Translations under genes and position numbers: made by a program | Origin: the human T2T-CHM13v2.0 reference genome, Homo sapiens | Reading direction: 5' to 3' (one strand) | Length of the DNA stretch: 64,000 nucleotides | NCBI RefSeq assembly: GCF_009914755.1 | Contig: NC_060929.1 | Notes under the pieces: model-generated | What the model saw: the letters and a program-made list of their open reading frames with translations, nothing else | Told to the model about the DNA's origin: nothing | The model's database searches: none | Part shown: positions 21,851 to 37,460 of the stretch, one piece after another | Layout: the number at the start of each line of letters is the position of its first letter | How positions within the stretch are numbered: the first letter of the stretch is position 1

Positions 21851-24194
21851 GGTCTCCTTTTCCCAGCCGAACTGCAAACTCTTCAAGGGTTGGAAAGACT
21901 TCTCAAGCTTGCACCTCACCCTGTTGGGCTCCCCGGCTGCAGATTTGTTCACTGAGAGAGACTGATTGCTGAGCCGGCTCCACAGAACTGCTGCACTGAG
22001 AAGTGCCATGGTCAGCCCTCCACGTTCTCAGAGTGCAGAACAAAAGCCAAGAGCCAAGGACAGCAGCATGGGGCTGGGGTGTTGCTGTGGGGAAGACAGC
22101 CCTGAGAGAGAGGACTGGGAGCTGGAGAAGCAGATAAGCAGCAATTGGAGCATAGCTGATGGACAACCTTTGGATACACAGAAAGGGATGGCTAGAGGGA
22201 GGAAATTTAGTTTTTGAGATTTTTAAAATTTTTACATCAAAATATGCTCTGAATGTTTTAGTTCTCTTCAATGATTGAGCCTTCCAAAATGAAAAGCTTT
22301 GTTTTATTTTTATATCCCATTTTGAAAAGGTAACATATTCACATAGTTCACTTTTTTTTTTTTTTTTCAAAATAAAAAGTAGAGAGGAAAGTCTCTCTCA
22401 CACTCCTCCCCACAGGTAACTGCTGTAATGGTGTCCTGTGTATCCTTCCAGAGAGTCTTGATGCGAGTACAAGCACACATGAATCTATATTCCAGCCACC
22501 CCACTCTGTTCCCAGCACTGTCTGCTGCCTTGCTTTGTGAAGGTATCCTTAAGGCCAGCAGCTCCCATTCTCCCCAGCAGTTTCTCACTTTTAACAGTTT
22601 TCTCCCTGTCCTGTGATATTTCACAAAACGAACCCAAGCCATGACAATAAATATTTCATACCTTTCGTGCATGACATGTTTCACATATGCTTTACAAACG
22701 TGCGTTTTCATTCGGAATCGAATGTTGAGGGAAATATGTCTTTTCCACATGGCCACTACCATAATATAAAAAGCATTTTCCTCCTCCCTCTGCCCCAGGG
22801 GGGATCTATATCATGAAAATGGAAAAGTGATGAGAAAATGAGCAATCCTGCCTACAGAGCTCTCTCCAAGTAGTTTTCCAGAAGCTCCCTGGGACTGCAT
22901 CACCTCATGAGCCATAAATCACCAACTGGGCCTGGGCAACTTGTCACCCAGTGGTTCACTTAGTGACTTTGGCTGTTTCTTTTTGTTGGCCATTTACCTG
23001 AAGGGTGTCTGCTGTGTACGTGTTGGGAACCTACCTCAGAACCTGTCATTGGTGTTTGGCCTTTAGCTGTCTGCCTGCAATTGGCTGGCCATGGCATGGG
23101 ATGGGCACATACTTTCCTATGGGCCCATCTGCAGTAAGAAGTGGCTTGTAGAGCTGCAGAGGTTCTAACTGAGGCTCAGGGCCATCGTGGCTCAGCCATT
23201 TGCAGGTAAGTTCTACTGCTGATGGGATTGCCACAGACCATGGAATGCCTCCAACACCTTTAAATCAAGCCTGGGGGCTCTCAGCTCAACCTTGGCAAGC
23301 CTTAATGTGTCTTCAGTGTAAGCCATGATCTGGTCCTCCTGGAAACAGGGAACCCTGGCACGAATGCTAGGGCCAGTGCTTGATAAATGCCACCCTTAAT
23401 CTGCCTTCCTTTCCCCCCCATCCCCTACCCACTCCTGCTCGCCAACCCCAACACACCCAAATGTTGTTGGCAAGTATGACTTGGAGAACCAGATTTTTCC
23501 CTAGTCTCTTCTCTCAGATAACTTTCTAAAACCTCCCAGGCCCTACTCTAAGAAGGTATGTCATTATGAGTGCTAGGGGGCACTGTTGGGCAACTTTTGT
23601 GCACAGGAAATTGCCTGCTTGTGTGTTTTCAGAGGACGCGACGCTCGGTGGGGACAGCTGTCCCCACCCTCAGGCAGCTCTCAGGGACTCGGCATAGTTG
23701 CTCCCCCTGCAGGGCTAGAGCTACCTCCATGTCACCTCTTCAAGGCTGAAGGCTCTTGGAGGAATTAACTCTGCCCACCTCAGCTCAGGTGGAGAGCTGC
23801 CCTGCGAGATGTGAGTAGGGCTGCCTTTCCCTCCTCCCTTTCTCAGTCTTTAATTGACAACTGCTTGGCCTGGATGATTTTTTAGATAGGAGCTGAGGTG
23901 CCCCCCACCCCCGCCTTCCAACAACAGCACCCAGGAAAATCAAGGACACAACTTTTTATTCAATTCTGGTATTTGTTCTCATTGTTGGAATGATGAATGT
24001 CACAACTCTATTATTTGTTGGAAGTGTTTGTTGCAGACGTGCAGCTGCATCGGAATTCAACTGAATTCTGATGTTTTCACTTGGGAGAATCGAATTCCCC
24101 CATGGATCCTGCAGGGAAAGTGGTCCTAATGTTCAGGACAGGCACCCCAATCAAGCTAGGAGCCACCTGGATTTGGTGCCTTCTGCCTCAGTGG

Positions 24195-24497
24195 GTCCCT
24201 GTCCGCAAAGAAGAAACTAGCAGCTACTATGGGCCACACAGTGTGGTATTGTATACATTTTGTCCAAGTTGTCAACATTTTAAAATTGGAAGCCTGGAAA
24301 TAAAACCCTCAATTTTTGCAGCTTCAGTTGAAAAGTCAGGAGATGAGGCTGGCCTGGGCTCGGGTTCCTGCAGGGCACTCGTCTGCTGGTGCAGACGCTT
24401 GGCGCTCCATCCCAGTTTGCCTCAGTTCCCCCAGTCCTGTTTCGTATATATTTATTTTATGTTCTAGGCTCCTGTAAGCCTTTGAGTTTGCAATCCT
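24195..24497. mobile_element. MER102-like hAT-Charlie remnant
   Basis: TTGTCAACATTTTAAAATTGG...GAAAAGTCAGGAGAT...TTTGAGTTTGCAATCC. Confidence 0.5.
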
Positions 24498-24699
24498 TTT
24501 GTGAGGTGTGGTAAACCCTAGTTAGCCAAAATGTAATTTTTTCCTTAGGACATGAGCCCCCGCAGAACCAAATAACAGAAATCACCATGAAGGAGCCAAA
24601 GTCTACACGTGAGTTGGGGCATGGGGCAGATAGCCTGGGTGGCTGGTGTTAGTTCCAGACAGACTGGAGTGCTCAGGGTCTCTCTATTGGGGCAAATCT

Positions 24700-24928
24700 C
24701 TCTGCTCCATCTTCATGTGGCCTTCTTCTCCGAGTGTGAAATCTCCCACCACCTTCCTGTGATGAGGATACTGTCGTTGTATTTAGGGTCAATCCAGATA
24801 ATCTAGGGAAATCTCCCCATCTCAAGATCCTTAATTTGATCCCATCTTTTGCCACATGAGGTGACAGTCACAGGTTCCAGGGTTTAGGAAGTGGGTGTGT
24901 CTTTGGGGCCACTACTAAGCCTATCACG
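24700..24928 (-). mobile_element. MLT1 LTR fragment
   Basis: CCATCTTCATGTGGCCTTCTTC...CCATCTCAAGATCCTTAATT...GGTTCCAGGGTTTAGGAAGTGGG. Confidence 0.75.
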
Positions 24929-25831
24929 TTTGGCAAGCCTTCCTTCAGGAAGCTTGCATTCTAGAGACAGTCTGGAAAGGAAGGAGGAAACGAATAGGAA
25001 TGGTGAGCATGTAGCTGCGGTGGGGGATGACTGTGCATTCAGAAACCCCCCCTGGGGAGATTCTGGTTCATCAGAGGCTGAAGGGAGTAAGGCAGCAGGC
25101 CGAGAGGTCCTGAGTGCAAATGCCCTGAAGCAGCAGCCTTGGTTAGACAGGGAACTGCCTGCAAGCGAAGGGAAGAGCAGTAACAGAGAGATGGCTGGAA
25201 ACCAGGTGGGGTTAGATAGTCCTTGCAGGGCCTTTTAGATTCTGGTAGAGGGTTTGGATTCTATTCCAAGACAATAAAGGAGCTGTTGAAGGATGTCGGC
25301 TGTCGTGGGATGTGAGCCACTGAGGATGGTGCCTGAGATGGGGCAAGGCTAACAGATGCCCCTTACTCAGAGATCACCCCTTAGAGAGGTAGGGGTGGAA
25401 TGGGAGGCTGCCTCTCTGGTGCACTATTGCCTGGCTACAGGCTTTGCTGGCCCCAGGTGCCCCTTATGCTGGGCGCCTCCCATGCTCCAGCCATGCTGCG
25501 AAAACTCAACACCCACATTTGTAACAGGGTGTTCTAGCCAAGATGGGACTCCAGCATTTTTGAAATCTCAGATCCTGTGCTTTTACCTTTAAGCTAAAGG
25601 TGAAGCTTTAAGAAGCCAGATTGCCTGGGTTTGAATCTGGAGACAGACACTTAACTATGTGAATGTGGGGGACCCCCATAACCTTCGTATACTTATTTTC
25701 CTCCTCTAAAAAATGCAGACAAAATGGTGACTGCCTCACAGTGTTGTTGGGAACTGGTGAAGGGATAAACAGGCACACAGCTTACACAGGATCGTGGACT
25801 AGGAATCAGAAAATCAATGTCAACCGTTGTC

Positions 25832-26139
25832 ATTTTATTTTTATTTTACTTTATTTTTTTGAGACACAGTCTCACTCTGTTGCCCAGGCTGGAGTGCAGT
25901 GGCGTGATCACAGCTCACTGTAGCCTTGACCTCTGGGGCTCAAGCCATCCTTCCACCTCAGCCTTCTCAGTAGCTGAGACCGCAGGCACACATCATCACA
26001 CCTGACTAGTTTTTGTTTCTATTTTTTTTTGTAGAGACCAACCTATGTTGCAAGGTTGATCTCGAACTTCTGGCCTCAAGTGATCCTCTTCCTGCCTCAG
26101 CCTCCCAAAGTTCTGGGATCACACACATGAGCCTGGCCC
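25832..26139 (-). mobile_element. AluJ element
   Basis: T-rich head; GTGATCACAGCTCACTGTAGCCTTGACCTCTGGGGCTCAAGCCATCC is J-type; diverged. Confidence 0.9.
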
Positions 26140-27447
26140 ATTAGACTTTTAGTTTCTGTAGGAGGCATCTTTGAGAGCAGCCTATTCTTTGTGTTTTGAA
26201 AAAGGGAAAAAAATTAACAGGGCATTTGATTTTACATAGAAAAAGCCAAGCTGCAGCTCTGGGATGCAGAGGTTCCAGGCAGCAAAAGAAAAATACTGAG
26301 AGTTTTGTTTTGTAGAATCACAGCAAAGGTTGTCTTCACTCAGGGCAGAAATGTGAGAAATTGCAGAAATAGAAAGGAAGCGAGTTTCCTTACAGAGTCT
26401 CAGAAAGCTGGAGGAGTGTGTTGTTGGAGGAGAGGGCCATATGGTTGGGGCAGTCCCTCTTCGAGGGGATGCTGACCCCTTTGTGGGCTGTGGTTTCAGG
26501 ACTTTGAGCCTAGCCGCACCCAGGAGCTAGTTTGCAGGTTTCCATCATGCTCTGTTGTTCTCTCCTAGTATTATCCCAGTCAGGTCTGGTCCTACTTTGC
26601 TTTAAGATGTAGCAGCAGTCTTGACCACGTGTGAGCCGAAGCATTGTGGGGAGCAGTGGGGCCTGGGAAAACTTGTTATGAGATGTCGAGAGATCACCCG
26701 AGATAAGGAGAGTGGGGAGCTTGAGTCAGGAGGTGAGATGAGGGAATACCAGCCACAAGCTGGTATCGCCAGGGTGGGCAAGCTCAACCTGTTGATTCCC
26801 AGGGCACAGAGGGAGGGGAGCTGGATGAAAGTTGGCCATACGATGACCAAGGAGGATGAAGGCTGGGTCTCTTCTGCTATCGGACACTAAAGGGCAGCCA
26901 GACCCTCGGGAACAGTGGGTGTCTGGCATCTGGGTTACATCTGGCTTACATCCTCATAACTATCCTACCATGGGGTACTATCATGGGGCTTGTTTTACAG
27001 ATGGGGAAGCTAAGGCGCAGAGAGTAACTTGCTCTCAGTCACACAGCTGGTAAGTGGCAGAGTTGGTATGTCCACTGGGTCTGACTAACCCCAGCCCCTG
27101 CCGGTCCCCCAGGGAGCAGGCCCTTGCCCCGGTTCTGCAGGAACTGCAGTCATTGGCTCCTGCTCAAAGCCTCCCAATAAAGAGAATTTGGGGGAAATCC
27201 CTTCCGCAGGAGAAGCTGGTGAAAGACAAGCCCCCTTCCTGGATATTCTCAGCACAATTCAGGACTTGCTAATTACTCCTGGGCCCTACCTTTCTCTTCT
27301 CAAGTAGGCGGCAAAGTTTACTGGTGATTGCGAAGTGATTGCAGAGCGGTTGGAGAGTGAATGGATCCGGAGCAGCGTAGCAAACAGCGCAGTCTGGGGG
27401 GCTCCATCCCGCCGCAGGGCCAAGGCCTTTCCTGCCAGTCCGACGAA

Positions 27448-27466
27448 CTGCCGGTAGATGGCACTC
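27448..27466 (+). promoter_or_regulatory. CTCF motif, forward, within a small CpG-rich patch
   Basis: CTGCCGGTAGATGGCACTC fits CCRSYAGRKGGCRS. The surrounding 27300-27550 region is CpG dense. Confidence 0.6.
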
Positions 27467-30400
27467 TGAACCCGTTCCCCGGCCCCCTCCACGCCCTGGA
27501 TCCGCCGTCTGCGCCGGTGCGGGACTCCCCGGGAAGCGCCTGCGATTTCAGAGTAAGAGCTGTTTCTGCACTGCTCCAGTCCTGCATTTAACAGACGCTT
27601 ATGCAGCACCTGCTGAGTACCAGGGTCTGTCCTGTGTGCTGGGTGTTCAGCCTTCCTGGGAGAGGATATACAAGGCCATCGCAGGGCCACTGCAACTCAG
27701 TGTGACCGCAATTAGGACCGGAGAGCACTTGATTTCTAAACTGCGCCTTCTGGAAGATTTCTAAACTTGCGCCTCCTGGGAAGAAGGCTAGAGTTAGCGT
27801 TGCCGCAGGGCTGTGCCTCAGACGACCAGGCACGACCAAGCACACAGGTGGTGCTCAAGAAATGAATGGGAGTAGATGAGGGCATTCTGGAGACTGCATG
27901 GAGAGCCAGGGCCTGCCGTAGCAGCAGCACCAGCAGTGGCGATGGCAGCAGCGGGGTCGTTTCCAGGGGACTTGTTCTTTCCGGTTGCACCTCTAGGCTC
28001 TGCGGAGTTTAACGACGAAGCTCAGCCTGGGCACCTTCTCTGGAAGATGGGTGCCCTAGCTCTGAGGGCGTCCACCGCAGCCAGGCGTCAGGGCTGGCCC
28101 GGGCCTCTGCAGGGAGCTCCAGCTGCAGGGAGCCCCCAGAGGAAGCAGGGGCGGCAGGGAATGAGTGGAGGGGGGTGGGGTTGCCAGAAAGAGGGAGGTG
28201 CTGTCTGCATTCAGTACCGATCAGGTGGCTGGCACCTTACTGAGCCTGAACGCTGAGCGCTGTCTCCTACGCTGTCCTCACAGCAACCCTTTCCAGAGAT
28301 GTTCTCGTCCTCGTTAGGCATATGGGATAATGGAGGTTCAGAGAAGGCAAATCTCAGGCATGAGATGAGTGACCCATCAGGAGAAGCTGAGCTGTGAGCA
28401 CATGGAGTAGGGTGCGTGGAGAAGACCAGGGTCAGGCCCCTCCTTTGCTGGTGATAGAGAGGGGGCCTGTTGTGGGCCGCTTGTGAACATATCAGTGCAA
28501 AGAAGCCTTCCACAGCAGCAAGCGAACACCCGCCCGGAGTCAGGCCAGCTCCTGAGCACAGGCGCCACCAGGCTCCACCCGACTCAAGCCCCCAGATCGG
28601 CTCTCATTTCCCAACAGAGTGCCTGGCTACCCAGGCTCATGGCCTCCGGGGACCACAGGACAGAAAGTGCAGAGGGTAGGGTGGGGAGGAGGGTCAGTAG
28701 GAGGCCTCCTCTTAGGACCTGCAGTGCTTCTGGGCCTCACATAGGGTCATCCACCTTGGAAGACTCCTGCAATGTCGTTGGCCTGGTTTCTGGTTGAAGT
28801 AATGTGTACGGCCTGATTCTGAGCCCAGGTCAACCAATGATGACTGCAACCCACCCCATCTCTAAACTCCGCTCCCAAGAAACTTCTCAAGAAAAAAACA
28901 CCGGCTGCTTGAATACTCTCCTAGGCGCACTTCATCCCCTTTTTCTTTTTTTTCTTCCTTCAAATAGTTCATTATTTTGCATGGAGATTTTGCTTTTCTT
29001 TGACTATTTTTTTTCATATATAACCTGATAAAAGGGCTCCCGTTATTTCAGAATATATTCTGGGCCCTATTCTGTGCTCAATTACACACCATCTATAGTT
29101 GATTTTCATGAAATTTAAATAACAAAGGGGGACGCTTATGTCATTTCTTCCTTATAAAAATACACCCTTGAAATCCACTCTCACTGGAAAGCTGCAGCCT
29201 GGCTGCAGTTTAACAGCTTGTGTGTCCAGGGGTACACACTGCCTCATTAGATGTGCATGCAGAGGGAGGAGTGTCTGAGTAATAAGAGCTAAATTTCACT
29301 CACTGTCCCCAAGTGGAAACAGACTGCCTGGAATGCCAAACTATATCCTTCAGGGCTCAGCAGCATCTGCTGGTCTCTGCAACACTGACAGGCCATGGTG
29401 GGCTGATGGGGCATTAGAGATGCATCCTGTGGGCCATGGATCCAAGGAGGGTGTGTGTCTGGAGGGACCTGGAGTGGATGGAGGCTGCCAGTGGACCAGG
29501 GAGGAGCACCCAGTGGCAAGATATTAAAAACTCAAACTGCGCCTACCCCTCATGAGCCCCTGATGGCGGTCAGCACCACGAGGACTGCATGCTTCATAGC
29601 CCAGGCAAAGGGAGAGTGGGAATCCTCCAAGGCTTGACCAAAGTCCTGGGAACCAAGGTGGGGGCTAAGAAACAAGAAGGACCTCTGTGATGGGGCTACT
29701 GGTGGAACTATGGGGTGATGCTATTTGACATCTAACTCTAAGTTCCCCTCTTCTGGGTTGTGTTCTCCATATGGGGTTCTGCAGAGGGCATGTGTCCTGA
29801 TGGGGGGCTGCCCAGGGCTGCTGAGAGCACAAGTATCTGGACTTGGGGGTGTGTATGTGTGGGCAGGGAGGGAGATTCTGCCCCAAACCTAGCCTTCAGA
29901 TTCCCTACATCCCAGAGCCCACTGCCTCCCACCCTCCGGGATGGACTTTCCACAGAGGAACTGAACTGGTTTGCTCCAGTTCCTAATATCAGGGCTCTGC
30001 CAGTGGGTCCACTTTCCCGCAGGCTCCATTCACATAGTAGGAAAACTTGATTAAGTGTATGAGTTTCACAGGAACTTCCTGCCTCTGAGTCTCCCCTCAA
30101 AGAAGCCAAAGCACAGCAGAACATCCACAGTCATAGGAGCCACTTGGGTTGCACCTTAGGGCCTGGACATGACCCAGGGCCACTTGGTATTTCATTCACA
30201 GGGGCTCCCCCCACCTCCTTGGGCCCAGCCTATGATCCTAACCATGTTGAGCTGGGGTCTGGTTCTCCTAAGGGTCTCAAAAGCATCTTGGAGGAGGTGG
30301 AACTTGGGTGGGCCTTGAAGGGTTTGGCACCTAAGAGGACATAGTGGAGATGTCTGAGTCGAGGAACATGTGGGCAGAGGCCAGGAAGTGAGGAAGTAGG

Positions 30401-30533
30401 ACTCCAGTTTGGAAGAAGAGAAGAGGGTCTGTGGCAGCTACATTTGGAATGGATGGTTAGGAAGGTCTCCCAGAATTGTAAATCAGGATGAACATATGTG
30501 ATATTGTAGGATTAGGAAAAAATTCTACAACAA

Positions 30534-30674
30534 CCCTTAGCCACTAACTGTTGTTATAATTCTTGTTCAGATGTGGGTGCAGGTAGTATGGGCAATGTGT
30601 GGGCAGTGTGTGAGTCCTGTACTACCTGGACCCACAGCTGAACAAGAATTATAACAACAGTTAGTGATTAAGGG
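30534..30674. repeat. Inverted repeat: 55-bp arms, 31-nt spacer
   Basis: 30534-30588 and the reverse complement of 30620-30674 match at 51/55 positions. Confidence 0.95.
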
Positions 30675-30699
30675 TACAGCCTCCTTTAAATCAACTAGG

Positions 30700-32822
<2,123 letters not shown>

Positions 32823-33611
32823 AAATCCACAACCTGTACACACTCTTGTGTGGGCTTTTAAATTGCTGTGAAGATAATAATATCTGCCTCTGAAGGAGGT
32901 TGGGAGGAAATACTGGGCATTTTGTTAGAACTTAATAAAGGAGATGGATTCTTATTACTAATGTCTACTTTCACTTATAATTATTTACAAGGAAGGAGGG
33001 CTCATTCCTTTGTCCTTCTTTTGGATCAGGGGATTTGTGCCATGCTCCTGGTCATGTATTGGGCCCCTGCCCCGCCCCCTGTGCACATGTCCCAGTTCCT
33101 CACTACTGGTCCTAAGGTCAGCAGAGCTGAGTCTTTGATGTCCTGGAGTCTCTGGGGCACATCCCAGGAACCGAGAATAAGGCTGAAATTCTCCCTGACT
33201 CATCCTTTGCAGATGCTTTGGGGAATATCTGAGGAGGTCCACCTTCCAATGAGACCTTAGCAACTGACAAATAATTTACCCGAGAATGGTGGCGAGATGT
33301 TTAAAGGTGAAGACTGTCCTAAATGTCTAAGTGGGCAGAGGGTGAGGCTGGTGTTAGAAGCCCAGATAGCCCCACATTCTGCTCTACCTGGCGAGAGCTG
33401 TAGAAACTGGCCAGTCATTGGCTTCACAGTTTCCTTGCCTGCTCTGGCCTTCTTGCCTATCAGAGCCTCCAAAACGCCAGGTCCCAATTCAACAAGGTCA
33501 GTCGTTTCAACCTTGCAGGCCGTCATCTCTTGACCCACCGTTTTCAGTCCACCTTTGCCTCTGGGCTAGGCAACCCCACTCTAGCTGCCAGTTCTCTCAG
33601 TCCTCTTCAGT

Positions 33612-34395
<784 letters not shown>

Positions 34396-34399
34396 GAGA

Positions 34400-34785
34400 G
34401 AATGGGCTAGGCTGTGTGGCAGTCATAACCCCAAACCCCAGTGGCTGAATGCACAAAGAGTATTTTCTTGCTTATGCTATATGTCCACCATGGATTGATG
34501 GAGGGTTGTCTTCCACTTTTTCCCTCAGGGAACTAGGCTGAATGACAATATGCTCTCTGGAACATTGTGGGTCACTGTCACAGAGGAGGACAGCTAGAGA
34601 GTCTTGTACTAGCAATTAGTGCTGCAGCCTAGAAGTGGCAGGGATCACTTGGACTCACAGCTCATTGGCCACTCCTAGCCTAATGGCTCTGCCTAACTGC
34701 AGGTGGGGGAGAATACAAGCCTCTCTGTGGTCAGTGTCCTGAAAGAGAGAACTGGTAGAGGCTGAGCACCAGTGGTCTCTACTGC
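34400..34785 (-). mobile_element. Old MLT1 LTR (interrupted at its end by the AluJ)
   Basis: GGCTAGGCTGTGTGGCAGTCATAAC...CAGTGGCT...ATCACTTGGACTCACAGCTCATTGGCC...CCTAACTGCAGG. Confidence 0.6.
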
Positions 34786-36584
34786 TCCTGACTTTGGAGT
34801 TTTTCATAGCACCTATCACTTTCTGACAGCCATACCAGTCATATTAGCTACCGACTAGCTGCCTCTCTGGTATGTAAGCTCTTTGAGGGCAGGTTCCTTG
34901 TCTCTTGTTCCTTTCTCTGTCCTCAGTGCCTAGAACTGAGTCTGGACCATGGGAGGGACTCAGTAAGTGTGAGCAAAGATGAATGGGGTAAGGGTGCTGA
35001 CTCCTGGTCTCTCTGGGTGGTTGAAGGCTCAAATAGGGCTGCATCTCAAAGTGCTTCCTGGCCCTATAGTGCAGGATGTGCAGTAAGTAAGCACATAGGG
35101 CTCCTTTCATCCAGATACATGAGGCACAGTTCTACATGCTGGTGCTGGCCAAAGTGTACCTGGAGAGTCTGCACCTGCAGGTGGAGCCTTGGCCCAGATA
35201 GGCGGGGAAAGGACTCCCATGATGAGGACCAGGGGTGCAGCCCATTCACTGGGAGGGCAGGTCTTTATTTGGCAGGTCAGAGCTCCCTTTTCTCCTAGCC
35301 AGTTGCAGCTGTGGGCAAAGACTGGGCTGCAGCTTCTGTGAAGGATACTGGAGAATCAGCCCTGGAGGCTCCTGCAGAAATGGCCACACGTGCATGGCCG
35401 CAGGTGTGCTCCGTTAGCTCTGCAGCCCTGCCCTTTCCCTCCGGAATGCTGGTCTTATCAGCCAGTCCCACTGGATCCTGACGTCTGATGTGGGTTGGGT
35501 TGGGGGCGGCATTTCTAATAGAGAACGTAGCCTGGTTGGGAGCAGGGTGAAGGCCCACATAATTCCGTAGGTGTAGTTGGCCCTTGAAAGAGGGTACAGT
35601 GGTAGGCCCAGGGAAGAGACAACAGCATTGGTTGGTCAACCTGCTCCAAGAAGCCTTGAGGCGGAATGCCTTTCAGGATTTTTATGCCCTTTGTTGGAGG
35701 AACTGACTCAGACTTGAGGAAGATTCCTGAGCAGGAGCAATTCACTTACCTCCCTCAGGCTCCGGTGATTTCCGCACTCTTGGGGTACAAGTAACTTTTT
35801 TTTCCAAACCATGGGGCCTATGGCCAGACACAATATTTTTGTTTTATTTCCAGGACAGGAGAGGTAGTTTGGATGATAAAATGCTGTGATTTCTGGACTG
35901 TGCAGAGCAGAGAGTTCATGGAAATAACACAACAGAATACAGCACTTGAAATCAGGGTCAGCCCAGAAAATTGGGGGCAGGGGCAGTTGCTAATATTTTC
36001 AAACCATCTCTATGCCAGTGCAGAGTCTGAACGCAGACAATTCATTTCAATTCTGGCTCCCTTGATTAACCAAATGGCGTCAGGTGCTGACTAATTAGAA
36101 AAATCCCTGAATCTTAGAGCACTTTTTTAATGAAGCTTGAAAAATTAAGTGCAAGTGTCCACTATTTTGTCTAAACACATATGAGAATAATTGTGAAAAC
36201 AATGATAACAACAAAAACCAAAAAGAGCTGGATCATTTTTAAAGCAACTTTAGCCAACCTGGGGAAAGAAAAAGACCAGAGCAGCCAGGTTTTGATGGAG
36301 ACCTGAGCCAAGTGGAATGTGAACCCCAAACCAGCTTCAGCAACCAGTCCAGTGTTACAGAGAACCCAGGGCTTGTATCATGCATAATTCTAAATTCAAG
36401 CAAACCAAAACAACTAGGACCTGAATTCAAAATGAATCCAAGCATCCATTTTCTAAGGTTATTAGAAATCATCATCAATATGGTCTTTAAATGACATCTG
36501 CTGGGGACTGAATTGATATCTCCTTCGTGTGGAGCTTCCAGACTTGAGGTACAAAGAAAAAAACAAAATAAAAACAATAAAATT

Positions 36585-37460
<876 letters not shown>

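Noticed and set aside
21303-22009. Overlapping 171-aa and 191-aa ORFs
   Set aside because: They lie largely over an old MLT1 LTR, with no domain and no exon signals.
29568-29590. REST/RE1-like TCAGCACCACGAGGAC (also TCAGCACCTGGAC at ~41957)
   Set aside because: Left half-sites only, with wrong spacing or a degenerate right half.
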